Of a DNA stretch of 60,651 nt, positions 37,893-47,616 are shown one piece after another. Source of the stretch: Terriglobia bacterium (GTDB lineage Bacteria; Acidobacteriota; Terriglobia; Terriglobales; Acidobacteriaceae); NCBI GenBank assembly GCA_020073285.1, contig JAIQFM010000001.1, positions 1 through 60,651 on the forward strand, in the 5' to 3' direction. The position numbers and the translations under genes were made by a program. Position 1 is the first letter of the stretch. Every line of letters begins with the position of its first letter. The notes beneath the pieces were generated by a model. That model saw only the letters and a program-made list of their open reading frames with translations, was not told where the DNA came from and did not search any database.

Positions 37893-38882
37893 CTATTTCC
37901 GAGAGGACGGAGAGGCTTCGGCTTCCAGTCGCTGGAGGACGCCGCGCACCTTGGGGGCGAGAGGGTCAGTCGGCGCATCCTGCAGGAACTTACGCAACTC
38001 AGCGATAGCATCGGAGGAGCGCTGCTGGCGCAGGTAGAGGTTCACAAGTTCGAGGTGGGCACGGGCCATCTGCGGGTTTAGCTGCAAGGCGCGCTTGAGA
38101 TCGCGTTCCGCGTCGGCATAATTGCCAGTCCGCTCCTTCACCGACCCCTGCACGAAGAAACCAAAGGCGGAGTCGGGCTGCTTGCGAAAACCGTCCTGCA
38201 GATAACGCTCGGCATCCGGCAATCTGCCGGTGAGCAGCATCAGGTTTGCCATGTTGAAGCAGGCCTTGGCGTCGCTGGGATCGAGCTTCATGCTCTGCTC
38301 CAGTTCTTTTTGCGCCGCCGGGAAATCGGACTTGCCGACCAACAGCGACCCGAGATTGTTGTGGGCCACAGCGAGATTGGGACCTTCCTTGATGGCCTTG
38401 CGATAGTGCTCAATGGCCTCGTCGGCCTTGCCTTCGTTTTCCAGCTTGACCCCGCGCTCGTATTCCTTGACCGCATTCTTGGGATAGTTCCTCGCCAGGT
38501 CGGCGGAGCTGACGACGTACGGGCCGGCCTGCGAGGCGGCTTTGGTCTCGCGGGACACAAGTAGGATCTGCAGGATATTGGTCGGGGAGACATCGGGCCT
38601 AATTTCCACTATCTTGTCAACCGGCTCGTAGCGCTCGTCATTGATGATCACGTGGTAGATGTTGCTGACGGCGTTGAAGGAGAAACGTCCTTCGCCATCG
38701 GTATACGCGCTAGCAATGGTAGCGCCATGCACCTGGAGAATCACCATGAGGGGCTCGGGGAAGTTTCCGCGCAGCACGCGAACCACGCCAATGATCGGAG
38801 CGCTCTGCTGGCAGGCCGCAAACGGTGCGCCGACAAGCAGCAACACCAGCAGGATGGCGCAGGCTGGTTGATGCCTATTCAT
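37893..38882 (-). CDS. CarboxypepD_reg-like domain / TPR protein, secreted
   Basis: Signal peptide MNRHQPACAILLVLLLVGAPFAA. An N-terminal beta-sandwich-like segment (GVVRVLRG...DGEGRFSF), then TPRs. Confidence 0.7.
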   Translation of the reverse strand: MNRHQPACAILLVLLLVGAPFAACQQSAPIIGVVRVLRGNFPEPLMVILQVHGATIASAYTDGEGRFSFNAVSNIYHVIINDERYEPVDKIVEIRPDVSPTNILQILLVSRETKAASQAGPYVVSSADLARNYPKNAVKEYERGVKLENEGKADEAIEHYRKAIKEGPNLAVAHNNLGSLLVGKSDFPAAQKELEQSMKLDPSDAKACFNMANLMLLTGRLPDAERYLQDGFRKQPDSAFGFFVQGSVKERTGNYADAERDLKRALQLNPQMARAHLELVNLYLRQQRSSDAIAELRKFLQDAPTDPLAPKVRGVLQRLEAEASPSSRK

Positions 38883-38983
38883 AGGGTCCCGAGCGGAGTA
38901 CCTGACTCCGAATGTCGTCCCAAGTTACCAACGAACGCGGTGCGCGAAGCGACCGGAGCCGTTGCGGTTATGCTATCCCAAAG

Positions 38984-39023
38984 CCAAAAGAAAAGGGGCC
39001 TGCCCCCGATCGAGGCAGGCCCC
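38984..39023 (-). terminator. Rho-independent terminator of the TonB-dependent receptor gene
   Basis: A perfect 10-bp stem, GGGGCCTGCC (38995-39004) with GGCAGGCCCC (39014-39023). On the minus strand it is followed by TTTTCTTTTGG. It lies 14 nt after the stop codon. Confidence 0.8.
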
Positions 39024-39036
39024 AACAAGCCGAGGC

Positions 39037-42000
39037 CTAGAACTGAACCTTGACGCCGAACTGCAGGTTGCGAGGATTCAGCGTTGTACCGGCTTGGCCG
39101 AAATTGGATTGGTTGATCTGGTTATGCGGCCCGGTAGCGCCAGCGGACGTGTCCGCCAGAATGAAATTGGTGTGATTGAACACGTTGAAGCCCTCGGCGC
39201 GGAACTGCAGGCCGACTCTCTCCGTGACCTTGAAGTTCTTGAAGACAGACATGTCCGCGAACCACTGGCCGGGACCCACGAACTGGTTGCGCCGCAGGTT
39301 CCCTGAGCAGCCCAGGCAAGGCGCCGAGAACGTCGCATTGATGAACGCCTGTCCCCAGCCATCGGCCCACATGTCGTGCGTGGCGCCGCTGAAGCCTGGA
39401 ATGGTGGAGTTCGGACGTGCATTTCGGTCGGTCGAACTGGCAGTTTGGCTGAGCATGTAGTTGCCGCCAAGGTTTTGACAATTGCCGCCGTTGACGTCGG
39501 CCGCGGTACAGGACGCCGTCGGGTCCGAGATCTCCCTCAACTTAGCGCTGGCCTTGTTAAAGGGCGACCAGTGCGCCCCGGTCTGGAATGCCCAAATGCC
39601 GTTGTACTGCCAGCCGTTGAACAAGGCGCCCAGGAAACCGGTGTGCTTGCCGAAGGGCAGGTCCCACACGTAATTGAACACCACCCGGTGCCGGATGTCG
39701 AAAATCGAGTTTCCGTAGTCCGTGCTGGGATGGGTCCAATCGCTGGTGTAGGAGTCGCCGCCGGCAGCGCCGTTAGCGGTGGTCGCGCCGCTGTGCCAAG
39801 AGGATCCACCATCCAGACTGTGGCTCCAAGTGTAGTTCAGGTTGAACAGCAAGCCATGACTGGTTTGCTTCTTCACCGCCATCTGTAGGGCATTGTAATT
39901 GGAATTGACGGAGTTCTCCCAAATGCGAAGCACGCCGTAGTTCTGATTGATTACGTGGCCGGGTTGGCCGCAGAGCCTCCGCCCGAGGTTGTCCTTCACA
40001 CAGCCTCCGACGGGAAGCTGGGCCCCTGGCAGGCGGTTGATGTTGTCGGCGCGGAACAGCTTGTGACCGGCGGTGCCGACGTAGTCCAACTCCACCGACA
40101 GCTTGGGAGCGATTTCACGCTGCAAGCTCAGGTAGTAGTTGTAGACATAGGGATCGCGGATGTCCTGCGGGACGATGCCCGTCAGGTTCGCGAAATCAGG
40201 GTTCCCAGGGTACCAGCCGCTGATGTTGCCGACGGCTTGACTGCCCGTGCCCATGCCGATGTTGCCCGGCGGGCCTAGATACGTCGGCGTCGCTCCACTG
40301 GGCCGACATTGGCCCACGGGCGTCGCGATGAGCGACGTACAGGTGGTCGGCCCGTAGATGACGTTGCCAGTACCTGCGTCACCGCCGAATACTGGGTTCA
40401 GGAGCACATCACTAACCGCGCCGAACGAGTAGAACGGCGGGTTCCAGCGCGAGTTGGACAGCGGGTTGTAGAGCGTGGATTCGTAGGAGACACCGAATCC
40501 GCCGCGCAGCGCCGTTTTGCCGTTGCCGAACATGTCATAGGCGAAGCCGACGCGCGGACCGAAGTTATTGTGGTCGCCGGAGCCCAGCGCGCTGGCCTTG
40601 GCAAAACCGCCAGGACCGCATTCGCCCGCCAATACGCCCCTGTTATTGAACGGAGCCACGGTGATGCACGGCGTATTGGCTTGCTGAAGTTTGCCGGCGC
40701 CGGTGCTGATGTTATCCAGCAGGCTATTGCCCGGGCCGTAGATGAACTGCGTTACCTGGCCATTCAATTCGCTGTGGCGAGTAAACAAGTCCCAGCGCAT
40801 TCCCAGGTTCAAGGTCAGGCGCTTGCTGGCCTTCCAGTCATCCTGGAAGTAGGCGCCGACTTCCAGGTTCCGCCAGTGGCGATAGTTGTCCGCCAATTGA
40901 GCGGCGTTAGTGCCGGAAATGAATCCCGGATCGGTGCCGGCCGACATCGAATACGGAGCGTCGACGGCAAACGTGATCGGGTCGGCGAACTCGTAGGACG
41001 GGCGAGCGATGTTGAACTCGCTGTTCTCGATGTTGCGCTTGAGATCGACGCCGATCTTGAAGTTATGCGACCCCTTGCTGATCGACAGCATATCGCCGTA
41101 GCTGTAAATGTGCTCCTTGAAGAACTGTGGATAGCCGCTGTAGGAGCCAAATCCGGTGGAGCCGTCGTCGAAATAAATCGAGGGAACACCGGGTTGCCCT
41201 GTGTTGATGCCGGTGTTGTTCTCGGTGTACCCGGCGCGCGCCTCGTTCACGACCCTGGAGTTAAACGTGTGATCCCAGACCAACTGACCGTTGGGCAGGA
41301 TGTTACGGGTCGGGTTGGTGAATCCACGCGTGCAGGTGGGGGTGCAAGGGCCGAATGCATCGCTGGAACGCAACCAGTTGTACTGCACGAAGAAGCGGTT
41401 TTTCTCGCTCGGTTGATAGTCAATTCTGCCGGAGGCTTCCTTGCCTTGGAAAAGGTTCCCGATCGTTTCCGACTGCGCGCCAAAGAGAGCGACGCTGTCG
41501 CATTGATACGGAATTCCTGCCGCCGGAACGGCGGCGTTGAGGGCCGTGATGCGTGCATCAAACCAGGGCACACCGGTCAAATCTGCCAGCGCGTCACCTG
41601 GCATCAGAGTGGAGCAGCCGGTCCCTTTCACCGCCGGCGGGAACTTCGAATAGAGAAGTTTCGCGACCGTACTCGACAGTGCTGGCGTGGTTGCCACTAA
41701 ATTGCGAAACTCCGGCGATTCGATGGTAGTGGTGATCGGGGGCGCGGACGTATTGAAGTGGTCCTGCTGGTAGGACACGAAGAAGAACAGCTTGTCCTTC
41801 ATGATCGGACCACCCAGCGTGCCGCCAAACTGGTTGAAGCGCAGCTTCTGCTTGGGTACACCCGCCTGGTTGAGGAAGAAGTTGTTGGCATCGAGTTTGT
41901 CGTTGCGCAGGAAGTCCCACGCGCTGCCGTGCCAGGAATTGGTGCCGGACTTGGTCACCAGGTTGGTTACGGACCCGGCACTGCTGCCGTACTGGGCGGA

Positions 42001-42687
42001 GTTGTTTAGCGTGAGCTGCTGGAATTCCTGCACCGTGTCCTGAATCGGGGTATTGACCACGCCGCCGCTCAGGCCTTTATTGGAAACGCCGTTGACTAGG
42101 AATCCGTTGAAGTCTTCGCGCAGACCATTGACCACCGTGCCGTGGCCGTTTTCGAAGTCCACGCCGTGGACGTTCACGGCGCCCGGGGCCATCTGGATCA
42201 GGTCATAGACGTTGCGTCCGTTGAGCGGCAGGTTGGCGACCTGCGTACCGCTGACGGTCTGGCTGAGCTTGGAGTCTTCCGTGTTGACCGCCGGGGGCGC
42301 GCCGGTAACTTCCACCACTTCGCTGACCGCGCCTACCTGGAGCTTGTAGTCGTTGTGCGCAATCGAACCGGCGTTCACTTGCACGTTGGTGTGCGATTCC
42401 GACTTGAAGCCTTGGGCCTCCACCGTCACGCGGTAGACTCCCACCGGCACCTGGTTGGCCGTAAAGTGGCCCGCCTGGTTGGAAGTAGCGGTGGCGGTGT
42501 AATCGGTCGCCTGGTTCTTAATGGTAACTTTGGCGTTGGCGATGGCGGCGCCGGAAGGATCGGTGACGTCTCCGGACACCGTGCCGTTCTGAATTTGGGC
42601 TAGAGCGCTGAGGCTCAGGAAAGTTGTGAACAGCAGCAGCAACAGGCTGGCAAAGGCAAACCTTCCTAGGCCATTCGGTAGTCTCAT
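39037..42687 (-). CDS. TonB-dependent receptor-like outer-membrane protein with N-terminal CarboxypepD_reg domain (acidobacterial type)
   Basis: ORF trimmed to MRLPNGLGRFAFASLLLLLFTTFLSLSALAQ. NGTVSGDVTDPSGAAIANAKVTIKN, a plug-like segment, and a long beta-barrel ending in ...LQFGVKVQF (terminal aromatic residue). Confidence 0.85.
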   Translation of the reverse strand: MRLPNGLGRFAFASLLLLLFTTFLSLSALAQIQNGTVSGDVTDPSGAAIANAKVTIKNQATDYTATATSNQAGHFTANQVPVGVYRVTVEAQGFKSESHTNVQVNAGSIAHNDYKLQVGAVSEVVEVTGAPPAVNTEDSKLSQTVSGTQVANLPLNGRNVYDLIQMAPGAVNVHGVDFENGHGTVVNGLREDFNGFLVNGVSNKGLSGGVVNTPIQDTVQEFQQLTLNNSAQYGSSAGSVTNLVTKSGTNSWHGSAWDFLRNDKLDANNFFLNQAGVPKQKLRFNQFGGTLGGPIMKDKLFFFVSYQQDHFNTSAPPITTTIESPEFRNLVATTPALSSTVAKLLYSKFPPAVKGTGCSTLMPGDALADLTGVPWFDARITALNAAVPAAGIPYQCDSVALFGAQSETIGNLFQGKEASGRIDYQPSEKNRFFVQYNWLRSSDAFGPCTPTCTRGFTNPTRNILPNGQLVWDHTFNSRVVNEARAGYTENNTGINTGQPGVPSIYFDDGSTGFGSYSGYPQFFKEHIYSYGDMLSISKGSHNFKIGVDLKRNIENSEFNIARPSYEFADPITFAVDAPYSMSAGTDPGFISGTNAAQLADNYRHWRNLEVGAYFQDDWKASKRLTLNLGMRWDLFTRHSELNGQVTQFIYGPGNSLLDNISTGAGKLQQANTPCITVAPFNNRGVLAGECGPGGFAKASALGSGDHNNFGPRVGFAYDMFGNGKTALRGGFGVSYESTLYNPLSNSRWNPPFYSFGAVSDVLLNPVFGGDAGTGNVIYGPTTCTSLIATPVGQCRPSGATPTYLGPPGNIGMGTGSQAVGNISGWYPGNPDFANLTGIVPQDIRDPYVYNYYLSLQREIAPKLSVELDYVGTAGHKLFRADNINRLPGAQLPVGGCVKDNLGRRLCGQPGHVINQNYGVLRIWENSVNSNYNALQMAVKKQTSHGLLFNLNYTWSHSLDGGSSWHSGATTANGAAGGDSYTSDWTHPSTDYGNSIFDIRHRVVFNYVWDLPFGKHTGFLGALFNGWQYNGIWAFQTGAHWSPFNKASAKLREISDPTASCTAADVNGGNCQNLGGNYMLSQTASSTDRNARPNSTIPGFSGATHDMWADGWGQAFINATFSAPCLGCSGNLRRNQFVGPGQWFADMSVFKNFKVTERVGLQFRAEGFNVFNHTNFILADTSAGATGPHNQINQSNFGQAGTTLNPRNLQFGVKVQF

Positions 42688-42995
42688 CGCATCCCCCTGA
42701 AAAGTGAAAAATATTCCGAACAAGTGCTTGGCAAATCACTGGGGTGCTAAGTCGCGGGCCGACAAGCCAAGGGTGGGAAGAAGATACTGGGCAGATTAGC
42801 AACTTGGTCACTAATCCGGAGATCCCCACACCCAAGTGGCATGTAACAGTGCACGTTCCTGCCCAAATCGGGAATCAAGCCAGATCAACCAGTTGAGGCC
42901 GGTGGAAGTGGCCGCTCCTATGGAAAACCATATTTGCAAGCCTTGTCCCTTTCCAAAATGGGAATGGACTAAAAATGGAATCGACACTGATTTTA

Positions 42996-43009
42996 TTACT
43001 TATAAGTAA
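42996..43009. promoter_or_regulatory. Perfect 14-bp AT-rich palindrome TTACTTATAAGTAA
   Basis: Self-complementary. It sits 32 nt downstream of the CRTAC1 gene stop and about 310 nt upstream of the TonB-dependent receptor start, inside an AT-rich island. Confidence 0.4.
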
Positions 43010-43040
43010 ACGTATCGGCAGGCGCGACTCAGGCGGCGCC

Positions 43041-44839
<1,799 letters not shown>

Positions 44840-44843
<4 letters not shown>

Positions 44844-45889
44844 TGCAGGCGGCCCGAGGCCATGCCTCCGGCGCGCTGCTGGGCCTTGGTCAGCTCGGCG
44901 AAGCGTTTCATTTCCTGCTCGGCGGCAGGGCGCTGATTGAGTTGAGTCAGCACGCGCGCCAGTTGGTAATGCGGACTGGGGTCGTTCGGGTTGAGGCTGA
45001 TGGAGCGCTCCAGCGCTTCGCGCGCGGCCTGCGTGTCGCCAAGCAGCGCGAGCGCCTTGCCAAGGTCGTAGTAAGCGTCGGCGCGCGGTTTCAGGGCCAG
45101 GGCGGCACGGTCATTGGAAACCGCGGCCTGCAGGTCGCCTAGTTCGAGTTGCAGGTGGGCGAGCTGGTAATAGACCTCGGCATCGCGGTTGCCGCGGCGC
45201 AACTCGGTTTCATATTCGGCGATGGCCTCGCGATTCCTCCCCAGGCTGCCATGGGCGAAACCAAGATGGTAGTGGCCGAGCGGGATATTGGGATCGAGGC
45301 GGAGCGCGATCTTAAACTGCTCCACCGCTTCCAGCGTACGGTTGCTGTTCTGGCAGGCGCGCCCAAGCAGGATGTGAGCCAGCGGCGTCGAGGGATCGAT
45401 GCGCACGGCCAGCTCCAGTTGTTCCGCTGCAGGTCCGTACTGGTTTTGCTCGAGGAAGGCGAGCGCCAGGTCGTAATGCGAGTCGAAGTCGCGCGGCGCC
45501 AGCGTGGTGGCGCGCCGCAGATGGGGCATAGCCTGCCGCAGGTCGCCGGATTGCATGAAGGCGAGGCCAAGGTAGTGGGCGAACTCGGCGTCCTGGGGCC
45601 AGCGCTCGACGGCTTGCTTGCCCACGCGAATGGCATCGGCGGCGCGCTTGGATTTCAGACAGGAGAGCAGAAGTCCGGAATAGGCGGGCTTGCTCGCGGG
45701 AAAGCGCTGCACGGCGGATTGGAAAATTTCCGCGGCGCCGGCGAATTGCTCGGCCCGGAGTGCTTGCTGGCCCCGCTGGATCAGCGTGGCCTCTGAATCC
45801 TGCGCCAGAGCGGCAGTGGATATCAGGACAATGACGGCGAAGGGAACCCAACTGAGCAGCGTTGGCACGCGCGTACGGCAAGTCCTCAA
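44840..45889 (-). CDS. TPR repeat protein (secreted or anchored)
   Basis: 349 aa. Hydrophobic N-terminus, then about 8 TPRs. Its stop overlaps the downstream GTG start (GTGA). Confidence 0.75.
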
Positions 45890-46095
45890 ACAACACCCCT
45901 ACGAAGTTCTGCCCTCGCCGCCAGGGCCAAAGCCCTTTGCGGTTGCGGCATGGGTCTCGCCGGGTTAAAGCCCGGCGCTTCTACCGCCTTACCGCGTCAT
46001 GATACCAAAGCGTACGCGCCGCCGCGGTTTGCGGTAGGCTGCTGAGTCCAACACGGTTGTTCCGGAGCGATCGCTTGACCACCTCGCTGACGACG

Positions 46096-47511
46096 ATGAG
46101 CGCCGCTGCAATGGCGCGGATGGTAAGAACGAAGAAAGTCTCGCCGGTGGAGTTGGTATCGGCGCACCTGAAACGTATCGACCAGTCGCAGCCGCGGCTG
46201 AATGCCTTCGTCACCGTGGATGGCGATCGCGCCACTCAGCAGGCTGCCAAAGCGGAAGCGGCCCTGATGCGCGGTGCGGAGCTGCCGCCGCTGTTTGGCG
46301 TGCCGATCAGTGTCAAGAGCTCGATTGATGTTGCCGGGCTGAAGTGCGAGGCGGGCTCGCGGCTGCGGGCGGGGCATGTTGCGGAAACGGACGCGCCGTT
46401 GGTGGCGCGGCTCAAGCGCGCGGGCGCCATTGTTCTCGGCAACAGCAATACGCCGGAGCTGCTGATGGCGTACGAGACGGACAACGTCCTCGCTGGCCGC
46501 ACCTGCAATCCGTGGGACCTGCAGCGCACGCCGGGCGGATCGAGCGGCGGCGAGTCTGCGGCGATTGCGGCGGGATGCGCGGCGGCGGGAGTGGGCAGCG
46601 ACGGCGGCGGGTCCATCCGTGTGCCGGCGCATTTCACCGGCATCTGCGGGCTGAAGCCTACCCCGGGACGGATTCCGGGGACGCAGCATTTTCCCGCCTG
46701 CGTGGGGCCATTCGCGTTCCTGGGCGTGGTTGGGCCCCTGGCGCGGACGGTTGCCGATCTGCGCCTGATGTTGAGCGTGATGAGTGGGTACGATCTCGGC
46801 GATCCCATGTCCGCCAATTTTGCGCCGGCCGCCGCGGACCGCAGCAATGTGCGCCATTTGCGGATTGGGTGTTTGACCGACGAGGCAATGGGAACGATTT
46901 CCGAGGAGACTCGCGCCGCCGTGCACTCCGCCGCGGGCGCGCTTCAGCGCGCGGGATTGGCAGTCGAGACGGTCCGCCCGGAAGGATTGGAAGAAGCGGG
47001 CGAGTTATGGCGCGTGTTCTTTTGCCAGGCGGGCGCGATGCTAGTTAGACGCGTGGCCGCGGGTCGCGAAGCCGAGTTGAGCCCGATGCTGGCGCGCTTT
47101 CTCGCGACTTTTCCGGCGGAACCCCCGATGTCGGGCGAGCGGCTGCTGACGGCGTTGATCAATCGCGACCTATTGCGCGCGCGGTTCCTGCAGCAGATGG
47201 AGACGTGGCCGGTGTTGCTGTCGCCGGTCTCGACCGGCCCGGCGTTTCGCCATGGCGAAGGCGGATGGACCGAGGGCGACCCGGCGAATTACCTGGTGAC
47301 GATGCGCTTTACGCAGTGGTTCAACTTGCTGGGCCTGCCGGCGGCGGTGGTCCCGGTGACCAAGTCGCCGGAAGGACTGCCGATCGGAGTGCAGGTGATC
47401 GGCAGGCCGTATGAAGAAGAGGTGGTACTCGAAGTGGCGTCGAGGATCGAAGAGGCGTTCGGATGGCGGGCGCCGCCGACGACCTGGACGCGCGAAGCAC
47501 GCACCGAATGA
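46096..47511 (+). CDS. Amidase signature family protein
   Basis: ORF 46057-47511 trimmed to MSAAAMARMV. GGSSGGESAAIAAG signature and upstream Lys/Ser context (PISVKSSIDVAG). Confidence 0.85.
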   Translation: MSAAAMARMVRTKKVSPVELVSAHLKRIDQSQPRLNAFVTVDGDRATQQAAKAEAALMRGAELPPLFGVPISVKSSIDVAGLKCEAGSRLRAGHVAETDAPLVARLKRAGAIVLGNSNTPELLMAYETDNVLAGRTCNPWDLQRTPGGSSGGESAAIAAGCAAAGVGSDGGGSIRVPAHFTGICGLKPTPGRIPGTQHFPACVGPFAFLGVVGPLARTVADLRLMLSVMSGYDLGDPMSANFAPAAADRSNVRHLRIGCLTDEAMGTISEETRAAVHSAAGALQRAGLAVETVRPEGLEEAGELWRVFFCQAGAMLVRRVAAGREAELSPMLARFLATFPAEPPMSGERLLTALINRDLLRARFLQQMETWPVLLSPVSTGPAFRHGEGGWTEGDPANYLVTMRFTQWFNLLGLPAAVVPVTKSPEGLPIGVQVIGRPYEEEVVLEVASRIEEAFGWRAPPTTWTREARTE

Positions 47512-47616
47512 AGCGTCGGTAACTCGTTCCGCGATAGATCTGCCTTCCGGCGGCGCTGGACAGAGTGTCTGCACGGCGGATAAGCTAGCCGACAACTTGT
47601 GGGGGGTGCGGCGTTT

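Noticed and set aside
42837-42853. Sigma-54-like TGGCAT-N5-AGTGCA
   Set aside because: The spacing is off by one, and it lies on the plus strand where there is no downstream plus-strand gene.
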